In this document: piece after piece, positions 8,939 to 18,715 of the stretch
How the letters are laid out: each line of letters opens with the position of its first letter
How positions within the stretch are numbered: position 1 is the first letter of the stretch
Origin: an uncultured virus (IMG/VR IMGVR_UViG_3300007512_002491)
Taxonomy: Duplodnaviria > Heunggongvirae > Uroviricota > Caudoviricetes
Direction: 5' to 3' (one strand)
DNA length: 64,000 nucleotides
Virus record (IMG/VR): IMGVR_UViG_3300007512_002491
Notes under the pieces: model-generated
Told to the model about the DNA's origin: nothing
The model's input: the letters and a program-made list of their open reading frames with translations, nothing else
The model's database searches: none
Translations under genes and position numbers: made by a program

Positions 8939-10324
8939 TTAGAAATCCAGACGAACTCTCAAAGTAAGATCTTTTTCATCGTTCTTTTCAATTGGTCTAG
9001 ACAACTTAGCGACCGCCAATAGATTGTTAGCAGAATCATATAATCCAACAGTTGTGATATATGTAAACGTTCTCTGGTCTGTCGTGGGGTCATCTATTAC
9101 ATTAATATTTCCTGATTCGTCCGTATAACTTGGGTTAGATGAATAATTGTATTCACTTGATTTAGCACGGCAGAAATAGATGTTAGAATTAATCTTAGTG
9201 ACATTTTGAAAAGTAGCTGATGTTAAACTACCAGAACCAAATCTGCAAGTTGCAAGATGGTCTATAATGTTATCAATAGACCCAGAACATAAAAAGTCTG
9301 GCATAAAGAGAGCATTTGGATTTCCAAATCTACCATTTCCTATAACAGTTTGTCCCGGATTAATAGTTATGCCGTCGCTGGTTGTCGAGCCGGCTCGCAT
9401 AGCCGAGATAGTCCCCGACATATGCTGATCATACATGAAAATTTTACCCATATCAAGTACTGCGATTCCTTGATCATAAAACATTAATCCAACATATTCG
9501 CTAGTGTTAGAAGTGTTGACTATATAAGCTACATCTCCTCCATCTGATTTAAGCTGTCTTGTAGAAGCATTGATATCCGCATAAATAGATGATCCGCTGG
9601 TAGAAGTGCGCGAAACATTAGATCCCCAAGAGCCAGTAAACGCATCTAACCCATTAAAAATTCCAGTAGACCCTGTAAGATACCATCCGACTTTTTGAAG
9701 TGCGGTTGCTTCATCAGATCTTCTATTTGTAGAAGAGTCCCAATAGTCAAAATTATCAAAAGTGGCAGATTGAAATAATCTCATTGCAAAAGTTTCTTTT
9801 TTGATCTCATCTCGAGCAAAAAGTCTTCTGAAGTTCAAAAATAGCGCCTGCTCTATTCTATCTCCCTTTATTCCAAGTTGCGAGTTACTGCTTAAGCTGC
9901 TATCAAAGGCAGTGACTCCAGGGGCGTAAAACTGCTTGTTTGCATTTCCTAATAGAACTTGCGCATATTGACCGTAGTTTGAGAGTTTTTCTCGCATCAT
10001 CAAAGACTCGGATGGAAACATGTATTTTCCATTAGTGTCAATACCAGTTCTTACATCGGTAACCATAGAGCTTCCGCTAAATATCCCAAAAGTCATATCC
10101 ATGATCGCGTTAGAAGTCTGCAGAGAGAAATCTTGATCATACACTGTTTGAAACAAAGAAGAAGTCACCCCAGGGCCGATACCCCCCGTAACAAAAACTT
10201 GATATGCTCTTCTGGTACTAGACCCCGAGACATCTTCTTGGATGACGTCTACTAATTGAGTCAAATCGCTAGTAGACGTAGTAGAATCTCCAGCGCTGGC
10301 ATTTATGCTAGTAAAAGTTGCCAT
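8939..10324 (-). CDS. Virion structural protein with a tail-collar-like C-terminal module
   Basis: C-terminus YITTVGLYDSANNLLAVAKLSRPIEKNDEKDLTLRVRLDF. GGAG SD upstream. Confidence 0.65.
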   Translation of the reverse strand: MATFTSINASAGDSTTSTSDLTQLVDVIQEDVSGSSTRRAYQVFVTGGIGPGVTSSLFQTVYDQDFSLQTSNAIMDMTFGIFSGSSMVTDVRTGIDTNGKYMFPSESLMMREKLSNYGQYAQVLLGNANKQFYAPGVTAFDSSLSSNSQLGIKGDRIEQALFLNFRRLFARDEIKKETFAMRLFQSATFDNFDYWDSSTNRRSDEATALQKVGWYLTGSTGIFNGLDAFTGSWGSNVSRTSTSGSSIYADINASTRQLKSDGGDVAYIVNTSNTSEYVGLMFYDQGIAVLDMGKIFMYDQHMSGTISAMRAGSTTSDGITINPGQTVIGNGRFGNPNALFMPDFLCSGSIDNIIDHLATCRFGSGSLTSATFQNVTKINSNIYFCRAKSSEYNYSSNPSYTDESGNINVIDDPTTDQRTFTYITTVGLYDSANNLLAVAKLSRPIEKNDEKDLTLRVRLDF

Positions 10325-10338
10325 TTAAAATTTCTCCA

Positions 10339-11043
10339 TTATGATGATTTAACGATGTTTACTGCTTGAACTACTCGTTGGCCACTGAACACGCCAGTAA
10401 TTTCAACATAAGTCGTTATAGTGCTGTTAGAAGCGTTAGTAGAATAATACGCAAAATAAGAATCAGAAAAGCTTCTCACTGTAAACGATAGCGTAACAGC
10501 CGCTCCGTTCCAACCTGAGGCGCTAGCGTTTCCGGAATAGTCAACTGTCGCAGTAGCTATATTGTTATTACCAACAGTAGAGCTCGCAGTCGATAGGGAC
10601 AAAAATCTAGAATCATATTCAATTGTAAAAAGAGTATCTCTTACATCAGAAGCACCCGTCGCAGTAGAAGACGAAAACAGATCATCTGGTTTCTGAACTA
10701 CTGAAATAGTTGAAGTTACTCCTCTAGTTGCTTCCGTAACATTTGATGTTGAAGAAACTTCTAAATACGGCAGTTTCGTTAAATATGGATTGCTGACTGT
10801 TACTAACTTATGTTTTAAAGCTAAATCAGCGTTAGTCTGAGCTTCGAACACGGGCGTGTTCTTCTCTATTTTCTCTTTACCGACTGTTCTACCAAACTTT
10901 TTAATAATAGTGTAGTCTACTTCGTCATCGCCCAAACCAAATTTTGATATTGAAAAGGTTCCTTCAGCGAGTTTTTTTCTTCCAATGTCAGTTAAAACTG
11001 CATCCACAATAATATTGTTGGTAGAGTGATCTAAAAATCCCAT
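10339..11043 (-). CDS. Virion structural protein with a tail-collar-like N-terminal motif
   Basis: MGFLDHSTNNIIVDAVLTDIGRKKLAEGTFSISKFGLGDDEVDY. N-terminus is paralogous to 22048..23004. GGAG SD upstream. Confidence 0.6.
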   Translation of the reverse strand: MGFLDHSTNNIIVDAVLTDIGRKKLAEGTFSISKFGLGDDEVDYTIIKKFGRTVGKEKIEKNTPVFEAQTNADLALKHKLVTVSNPYLTKLPYLEVSSTSNVTEATRGVTSTISVVQKPDDLFSSSTATGASDVRDTLFTIEYDSRFLSLSTASSTVGNNNIATATVDYSGNASASGWNGAAVTLSFTVRSFSDSYFAYYSTNASNSTITTYVEITGVFSGQRVVQAVNIVKSS

Positions 11044-11140
11044 TTTTTCTCCAATGCTTTAATTATAGCAATACTACTCATCAAATAAATATATTCAACC
11101 CTAATAAACAAGAGAATCATATTAAAAACAAGCATGCTTG

Positions 11141-12910
11141 TTAAGATATAGTCCTCTGATCTTTGAATCTAATTCTTATATTTTTACTATTTTGCCTATC
11201 TAAGTTAATTATTTGCATTCTAGCGCCACCGATATCATTAGCATTAGTCCAAGGAATAAATTGACTGTCAACACCATCAGCATCTAATATTTTATAATAG
11301 TCTGGCGTAAAATATATCTTAAGATAACTATGTAAGCTGTCTTTAATTGAATCTTCTGTTAAAATACCCGGAATTAAAAAATTTGGATATGGCTTCGGAG
11401 ACCCTTTAGGAGAAATCCATGAAATATCGAGCTGGCCGTTAGTTTTATCATATTTTACTCTATATTGCGCTGAATAGTTTGAGCTCAGCATATGCGTGTC
11501 GACAGCACAAATAGCGTAAATATAATCAGATTCATTATCAAAGCCAGAATCAGTATAAGAACATATTTGGTATTCTACTTTGTTGATATATTGAGATGGA
11601 ACATTTTCAGATGGTTCTTGTTGATCTTCGGTGTAGTCAAAATCTATTTCCATTTGAAGAACGAATGGATCATCAATAGAAGACCTTCTAAAAACTTGAT
11701 ATTTTACAACGTCTAATTGAGGGTTTGCGCCTGGAGTCCAAATTATTTTTATAGTTCCATTAGAATTTCTATGAAACTCGACTCCAGATGGTGGCTCTGG
11801 TGGTATTTTTTCGACACACTCTACAACAGCTTTTGGAGCAGAGCGAGACTTAACTAAAGAATATTTTTGTGTTGTTATTGTATCCTCACCAGAAGCAGAA
11901 TATTCATTCCACCGTAGCAAATAAACCGTACTTATTTGATAACAATAAGTGGAGCCGTATTTAACTTCGTAATCTGCAACGCTGTCTAAAGCATCCGTGT
12001 TATCTCCAGTAAAAAATGCTCTGGTAATGAATTCTTCTGTAGAAGAATCTATTATTTCGCTTTTATCAACTACATACCCCATGAAAGCAATTCCTGGCAT
12101 AAAACCAGAATCTGAAGATGTAGAAGATTCTTCAGACATAACCTGCATTGTTGGCATATATTGGTCTATAGACAGCAAAGAAGAATCTTGACCTGCTCTA
12201 GCACCAGCCTGAGTGGATGCAGCAGATGATAAATCTGAATCTATTTTTCCAAACAGGGAGCTCAATGGAGCAGATTCTGAAAAGGCTAAAATATCAGATA
12301 AAAATTTATTATTAACAGCAAACGTCATCGAAAATTCACCATTTTCTTCTGTTTGAGAGTATTGAACAGCCGTTCCCAAAGATGGATCGTAATAAGAATA
12401 TTCATTCGCAGAATCTATTTGAGCTCCATTCATTAAAGCATCTACGTCAAGAACATCTTTGGTTGTAGACATCAAACTCAAAGCATCTGCCAAACCAAGA
12501 TTAGTGAATCCAGACTGGGTTGCGGCTGCTTCAATAATGGCTGCCGTAACATCTCCAGAAATTTCAGAATCTTCTAACGTAATAGTAGAAAAATTGTTTC
12601 CTTGAATTGTATGTTCAGAATTCAGTGTGTCATAGTATGTGTTTAGAATAGCTGCTTTTTCTGCAGCTTCAATGTCAATAGTTTCTACTGCCGATAACAG
12701 TGAAGCATCTACTGGAGGTGTAAGCTCTAATTGAATATATCGAGCGTAGCCATAATCTTTTTCTTCGCCATCAACTTCTTCAACTATATGCGTATTTATA
12801 GAAGTTCTTTCATTAGAAACATAAAAATTGTATATAAATTGCCCAGAAAAACTGCCTGGTTCTGGTACGTCAAAAACAAAGGCTCCGTATGATGGATAAC
12901 TAGTTGTCAT
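11141..12910 (-). CDS. Acidic putative virion protein with fibronectin type III-like domain(s)
   Basis: PPEPPSGVEF...IKIIWTP...YQVFRRS...YTDSG...YIYAICAVD...SNYS is a typical FN3 pattern. Confidence 0.6.
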   Translation of the reverse strand: MTTSYPSYGAFVFDVPEPGSFSGQFIYNFYVSNERTSINTHIVEEVDGEEKDYGYARYIQLELTPPVDASLLSAVETIDIEAAEKAAILNTYYDTLNSEHTIQGNNFSTITLEDSEISGDVTAAIIEAAATQSGFTNLGLADALSLMSTTKDVLDVDALMNGAQIDSANEYSYYDPSLGTAVQYSQTEENGEFSMTFAVNNKFLSDILAFSESAPLSSLFGKIDSDLSSAASTQAGARAGQDSSLLSIDQYMPTMQVMSEESSTSSDSGFMPGIAFMGYVVDKSEIIDSSTEEFITRAFFTGDNTDALDSVADYEVKYGSTYCYQISTVYLLRWNEYSASGEDTITTQKYSLVKSRSAPKAVVECVEKIPPEPPSGVEFHRNSNGTIKIIWTPGANPQLDVVKYQVFRRSSIDDPFVLQMEIDFDYTEDQQEPSENVPSQYINKVEYQICSYTDSGFDNESDYIYAICAVDTHMLSSNYSAQYRVKYDKTNGQLDISWISPKGSPKPYPNFLIPGILTEDSIKDSLHSYLKIYFTPDYYKILDADGVDSQFIPWTNANDIGGARMQIINLDRQNSKNIRIRFKDQRTIS

Positions 12911-15900
12911 TATGCATCGTCTCCCAACGTATTTCCGTCGTATATAATTACGGAAGCTCTAAAGAAATTAATACTATTTTCACCGTCACGAGCTTTAAAT
13001 TTTATCCCTGTGTCAATCACAGTGCCCCAGGAACTGTATTCCACGAGACCGGAGTAGCTGAAGAGCATATTATCATAAAGATTATTATAATCACTTTCTT
13101 GTACAGTGTCATCACCGTCTGCAGCTTCTTCTACTCCGGTAGTTAAAATCCAGCCCTCATCGTCTAAAGTGACGGCGGTCTCGGTTTCGCCAGTGAAGCG
13201 GTAGCCTATCAATTCTCTGACATCATCACCAGTAGTATAAGGCACCATATCATCCCATGCTGGAGATCCCGCAGTTGTGCCCACTGAGTTTTCCCAGCGT
13301 ACGCAAAAATCGTCTGGATGAAATGGGAAAAATATAACTCTATCAAATCTCTTAGCTCCGATAATTTGCTGCCGCATAGATTCCGCAGTATATAATCTTG
13401 ACCCCACAGCATTAGTGGCAGAATCTAAAATTTCATCTGAAAGATCTTCAAATCTAGTTGCTCCCAACGTTGTGCTAAATCCAGAAGCGATTGTATTGTA
13501 ATTTGAAACTGAAGTTGATAATGAGCTCATCACTTGAGAAACTGCCGATGAAACTCCAGAATTGTAGGATGAAAATTCAGATGAAAGAGCTTCAGCAAAA
13601 TTAGAAGCATAATCATTAATTCCTAGACCAAGTTCTTCTGAGGTGCTTGGGAATGTGTCTTCATTTATGCTGACACCTAAAACTATCCTATAATAATTTT
13701 CTAACAAATAGCTTCTTAGAATATGGTATGCTGATACAAGAATTCTATCATTTAAATCATCTCCATACAAATCAGATAAAGTAGCAATCCTAACGTCATC
13801 ATTCACTATTATTTGAGTCGATTCCCCTTCGCCTTCTTGTACGCTTAATTCTGCTTTTAAGAATTTCATATTATCTCTTATATCGCTAATCGATCCATAA
13901 GACAATATATCTTCAATAGTTAAGTCTTCAAAACTTTCAGTAACAACGAACAAATTGGCATTAAAAGGTATGCAAATGGGCTCTAGTGACACTTGAGGGT
14001 ATTCAAAATTGTAACCTGTAATTCCTATCCACATGTTTTGTGGGATATATCTAGAGCCACCCAGGGTATTACTAGCACTTGAGGAATCATCAAACTCTTC
14101 TACGCCGGTAGCAGGTATACCAAAACACAACGTTCTCAAACCCTCTTTTGACATATCACGGGTGTCAAACATTAAATTAATTGCCGCCATTAATTTAGAG
14201 TCTATGGTCTCTTGTGCTGGTATCAATCCACTGCTGCTATCTCCTTTCTGACGATAAAAAGATAAATATTTCAAAGCCATCTGCTGATCTGTTAAATTCT
14301 GCAATATATCGGCACCAGCTTCGCCTGACTCTATAAGATCACTAATATATTCAACCACCGGCTCGAGGTTCTTCGCATCGCCGTCTCTGTTAAAAGCTTT
14401 AATAGCGGTGCCAGAATAATCTTCGATTCTTTCGCCGAACTTATCAAACAAATTAAAAGCTATAGCTTTAAAATATGGTTCTCTACAGGATAAAATCAAA
14501 CCTCTCCAAAGCTTATTTATATAATTATTTATGTATCGGAGATGGCCGTTGGTGACTGTGCCACCAAATCGAGCATCACCCCCATTACCTGTTTGACCCA
14601 GGCCACCGACGCCAGCATAACCGGTCGGCCCGGTGCCTCCAGAGTTTAAATAAGGGGTGTAGCCTGTTAAAGATAACATTGGGGCTACACCCAATAATAT
14701 CCCGTCATCTCCAAAACTATATATCCCCGAACTGTTTTCAACCAATCCACCCATCATTCGTTGTAGAACACTATCAGATGAAGTATAAGAGAGCGCACCA
14801 GTATCAGCAGGAGTTATTTCTAACTCTAGTAGCTTTTCAATAATAGTGGGAATCGCAGCTATATACCATGGCACCCAAAAAGCGCGAGGCGTCATACCGG
14901 TATCTCCAGATGAGATGATGTCTCCCCATGCATCGACGTTTTCGTCGTCGCTATTATAATAGCCTCCCTTTATCCACCTAGCTCTTCCGGTGAAGTCTGT
15001 GAGATCGTTTACTTCCGAATCCGCGAATGAATCTAAACTCGTGTTTCCTGTCAAGGCAAAAAGCACAGAAAAATCTATTAATGAAATATCCTGGTCGTCG
15101 TGATTCGAAGTAGAATCCCAATAAATAATATCATCGGCTTCAAGAATTTCTGGAAAAGTAACGCGGTTCCATATAACCTCTTCGCCAACAAAATTTGATC
15201 TAATCGTGTCACCCGTACGGCTTCGTTCGCCGCTGATGGCGGTACCCACGCCCTCGCCTATCTTATTCGAGTCAGTCTGTTCCATACCATACCAGCTAGT
15301 TGTCACATTTTGCATATCGACTGCAAGATGTGTCGCGGTATCGTCGTTCTGTCTCAGGTTCATTTCAATCCATTGCTCAACGAGGTGGTCAGTGTATTTC
15401 AACAACTTGTCATTGTCGAGTGCATCATCGTGGTGGGAATTGTAATAGGGGTACAGCATCCTGGGATAAACGGGCGCGCCGACTTTTTCTCGAGTTTCTC
15501 CAGATGCAACAGCATCTCCGTCTACCATGTTGTGATAATTTCCGAGTATTGGAAAACGCGTATAGGCATTTGAGGTACCAACCCCTTCCCATTGTATATA
15601 AGCAACATGAAAAAATGGATAAGTCTGCTTCATTATCATTGCCATATTATCAATAATATGGCCGAATATTTCTGCTAATGGTTTTCCAGTAGCAGCTAAA
15701 GTACCATCATCATTACAAAAGTTCTCGTGGATAGATCTCATTGTTGGTACCCAGTATCTAAACCCAATCCCAGTAGAATAATCTTGATCGTGCGCCTCAG
15801 CCTGCCAGAAACACTCGCTGGCTGGAAAATCTTCACAATCCGTTTCGCCAACTCGTTCTAAGTTGTCCATTATTATATCTGCATATCCACCCGAGTCTGT

Positions 15901-18711
15901 ATATGGAGCTGTATTAGCTTCGAATGGAAAACAAAGATCAGCTGGGCTTGCTGGTCCAATATTATGTCCTCTTGTTTTTAAAATTTTTCTAAAAGTCAAT
16001 AAACACATCTCTATCATTTCAGCAGCCCATAAATTTGCCAAAAGTGGAATGTAAGGAACATCTGACTCTTCGTGGAAATCTTTCGCCCAATGCCAAGAAT
16101 ATTTCCACATGTTGCAAGCTTCAAAAAGAGAGTCCTTGGGAGTAAAAGTCTTACCGCTCGCGTGGAGGGTGTCAGCGCCCCAAGAGATTTCTGCTTCTTG
16201 ATAAGAAGACTCTAAGAGCTCATCGAACTTATCCTTGAGATAGGCTTGGCCGCCCCCTCCGGCTGAGCGTAAAGAGCAGAACTGTTTGGTAAAAAAGTGA
16301 GCTCCGCCACCGTATATATTATCTGCTTCTGGATTAAACCATGGGGCCCACTGCATCCAGCCAGACAGCTGCATATCGGAAAAATTGGTTCCGCCCAGCG
16401 ATTCACCAGCAAAAGCATTATCTGCTATGAAACCATTACCGTGTGCAGATCTTTGATAGATAGCTAAATAATCTGAGCTGACTGTCGCCTTATCGGTGTC
16501 TACATTCATATCTGCAACATTTTTCATTATCGACCCATCTGAAGCGACTAAATCTTTAGGAGGAACTAAAACACCCCAAACCCCGCTTGATGAGCCTCTT
16601 AACGACGCTGGCGCGCCAGTGAGTGGATTGGCGTTCACTTTTGCCATGAATTTAGTTTCTTGTACGCTTGTGGTTGGATTCCCTTCGCTATCTGTAGACG
16701 TAACGGTTTCAAATTCTACAACTTCCTCAGTTTCGTTGCTGAATGTTAAGTGGCCTTTATAAAAGTCTCCAACAAAAGCTCCCGCTATTTGTTTAGCTAT
16801 AGCGAGGCCGAAACATCTTGCGTTATTGTTTCCTACTTGGTCATCAGAATTTATTATTCCGTACGCCATCAAAGAAGCAAACCTTTTAATATGATGTGGA
16901 TCTGGTTGACTGAACATGCCAAGCATGTTTTCAGTGCTTGTGGCGTGCATTCCCCTGGGCCATGAAGTGGATGCGTCTGGGATTGTTGGATCTAACTGAA
17001 ATCCATACCAAAGATAATATTCTTCAAAATTTTCTGCAAATCTCTCTTTGAATGTCTCAAGACACGCGCTAAATACAGAGCCTGGGTCAAAAGCTGTCTG
17101 TGGATAATTTTTAAAAATACCCTTATTCATAGGAGCATTTTGTTCTGCTTTGTTTAAGTTTTGGTATTTACCAGATCGATGCATTTTTCCCATCGCTTTG
17201 CCAAAATCCTTGCAAGCAGAACTCAAGTTATTTGCAATCGATTCATAATCACCAAAAGATATTGATCCGTCTACACTACCAAAAGCTTCATTGATTGTTT
17301 TTCTGATAGAAGAAGTTTCTACAGTGTCTCCTGTGTCGCTTGTGTATTGAACCTTACATTTTTCTACATAGCATTCATTTTCTTCAAAAGCAGCTCCCAT
17401 AATTCCATTTTCGAACATGGTCAAATCAGGTAAAAACTGTCTATTAATCAACGAATCATCTTCCAGTTTTGAAGAATTAAAGCGTGTCTGTAAATATGGA
17501 TCCCAACCAGCCAAGCTTTTAAAAATTGACGCTCCAGGTGTAGAAAAAGAAGTGTTAACGATCGCGCCCGCTTTCTTTTTTAATATGCTCCACAAAACAG
17601 TGTCAAAAGCTCCATCGGTTTTTTGGCATTGTTTTACTACATAGCTTGAGTTTAAATTATTTCCCAATATAGAAGAAAATACTTGAGTGTGCGGATAATG
17701 CTTAGATTGATATGCGTTTTCTGATTCACCATCTAAAGAATTGTATACGGCAACTCTTATTCTGACAGCCCGCTCAGCATCTAAATATCCCCTATTTCCG
17801 CCGCGGCGCATGGTTGAGATATTACCCATCTCCGTAGATCGTCCGCCGCGGCGGAAAACGTTATATTTGCCGGGGCCTGAAGATTCAGGAAGTGCAAAAT
17901 TATTAGACCACCCGACATAACTGCGGGACATTGTGGGGCGGAGATCGGAATCATATGATTTGAGATCAAAGCCCATGATAGTATAGGGGGCACCAATAAC
18001 TGTCATAAAAGCAGTTTGTTGAATTGCTTCAGCAAAAAACGTACTACTAGGAACGTAAATATCGTCATCCTCTCGAATTCCAAAAACTTTTCTATAATAA
18101 TCATAAACGTTGTATTCGTCATCTGTGACAAGACCAAGGTCTACGCTAGTTGAACCTTCGAAATCAAAGATCTCTAAAAAATCACGAAAATTTGGTCCTA
18201 AAATAGCATATTGTTTTAGCATATACGCTAGCTTAAGCATCTCTATTTCGCTAGAAGAAGAAGAAAGTGAAGTTTCATATTGCGCCAGCGCAGACCTAAA
18301 TTCATCTGGATAACTAGTAGAAAGACTTTCTATAGTTTCTGCAACTGTCGATGCATCAGACGCTCTTACTGCAAGTTTTGCTACGGCGTAATCATAAAAA
18401 GAACTATCGGTGCGAGTCAGGCCACCATCAGATGACTCTTTAAAAGACTTTAGGTCTAAAATTGCTAAAAGCTCTGGGCGTAATGGATTAAGTAACACTT
18501 CAGTCAGCATTCTATTTGTGCCCGCATTATCAATCGTTGCAGATGTAGTAGACAGCCCAGAAGAAGAATTAGTCGTACTTGGAATATCACTGACTGATGA
18601 ATCCAAAGCAACGCTAGAAGCTGAAATATCAACTGCAGATTCTCCGCTAGTAGTGCTTAGATTATCTGTAGTCCATAAATTAAAATTAGTAGAGTCATTA
18701 GTGCCAGACAT
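12910..18711 (-). CDS. Very large (1933 aa) acidic hypothetical protein, probably virion-associated
   Basis: Uninterrupted 5.8 kb ORF inside the structural block, coupled to the next gene by a TAATG overlap. No recognisable motif. Confidence 0.6.
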   Translation of the reverse strand: MSGTNDSTNFNLWTTDNLSTTSGESAVDISASSVALDSSVSDIPSTTNSSSGLSTTSATIDNAGTNRMLTEVLLNPLRPELLAILDLKSFKESSDGGLTRTDSSFYDYAVAKLAVRASDASTVAETIESLSTSYPDEFRSALAQYETSLSSSSSEIEMLKLAYMLKQYAILGPNFRDFLEIFDFEGSTSVDLGLVTDDEYNVYDYYRKVFGIREDDDIYVPSSTFFAEAIQQTAFMTVIGAPYTIMGFDLKSYDSDLRPTMSRSYVGWSNNFALPESSGPGKYNVFRRGGRSTEMGNISTMRRGGNRGYLDAERAVRIRVAVYNSLDGESENAYQSKHYPHTQVFSSILGNNLNSSYVVKQCQKTDGAFDTVLWSILKKKAGAIVNTSFSTPGASIFKSLAGWDPYLQTRFNSSKLEDDSLINRQFLPDLTMFENGIMGAAFEENECYVEKCKVQYTSDTGDTVETSSIRKTINEAFGSVDGSISFGDYESIANNLSSACKDFGKAMGKMHRSGKYQNLNKAEQNAPMNKGIFKNYPQTAFDPGSVFSACLETFKERFAENFEEYYLWYGFQLDPTIPDASTSWPRGMHATSTENMLGMFSQPDPHHIKRFASLMAYGIINSDDQVGNNNARCFGLAIAKQIAGAFVGDFYKGHLTFSNETEEVVEFETVTSTDSEGNPTTSVQETKFMAKVNANPLTGAPASLRGSSSGVWGVLVPPKDLVASDGSIMKNVADMNVDTDKATVSSDYLAIYQRSAHGNGFIADNAFAGESLGGTNFSDMQLSGWMQWAPWFNPEADNIYGGGAHFFTKQFCSLRSAGGGGQAYLKDKFDELLESSYQEAEISWGADTLHASGKTFTPKDSLFEACNMWKYSWHWAKDFHEESDVPYIPLLANLWAAEMIEMCLLTFRKILKTRGHNIGPASPADLCFPFEANTAPYTDSGGYADIIMDNLERVGETDCEDFPASECFWQAEAHDQDYSTGIGFRYWVPTMRSIHENFCNDDGTLAATGKPLAEIFGHIIDNMAMIMKQTYPFFHVAYIQWEGVGTSNAYTRFPILGNYHNMVDGDAVASGETREKVGAPVYPRMLYPYYNSHHDDALDNDKLLKYTDHLVEQWIEMNLRQNDDTATHLAVDMQNVTTSWYGMEQTDSNKIGEGVGTAISGERSRTGDTIRSNFVGEEVIWNRVTFPEILEADDIIYWDSTSNHDDQDISLIDFSVLFALTGNTSLDSFADSEVNDLTDFTGRARWIKGGYYNSDDENVDAWGDIISSGDTGMTPRAFWVPWYIAAIPTIIEKLLELEITPADTGALSYTSSDSVLQRMMGGLVENSSGIYSFGDDGILLGVAPMLSLTGYTPYLNSGGTGPTGYAGVGGLGQTGNGGDARFGGTVTNGHLRYINNYINKLWRGLILSCREPYFKAIAFNLFDKFGERIEDYSGTAIKAFNRDGDAKNLEPVVEYISDLIESGEAGADILQNLTDQQMALKYLSFYRQKGDSSSGLIPAQETIDSKLMAAINLMFDTRDMSKEGLRTLCFGIPATGVEEFDDSSSASNTLGGSRYIPQNMWIGITGYNFEYPQVSLEPICIPFNANLFVVTESFEDLTIEDILSYGSISDIRDNMKFLKAELSVQEGEGESTQIIVNDDVRIATLSDLYGDDLNDRILVSAYHILRSYLLENYYRIVLGVSINEDTFPSTSEELGLGINDYASNFAEALSSEFSSYNSGVSSAVSQVMSSLSTSVSNYNTIASGFSTTLGATRFEDLSDEILDSATNAVGSRLYTAESMRQQIIGAKRFDRVIFFPFHPDDFCVRWENSVGTTAGSPAWDDMVPYTTGDDVRELIGYRFTGETETAVTLDDEGWILTTGVEEAADGDDTVQESDYNNLYDNMLFSYSGLVEYSSWGTVIDTGIKFKARDGENSINFFRASVIIYDGNTLGDDA

Positions 18712-18715
18712 TTAT

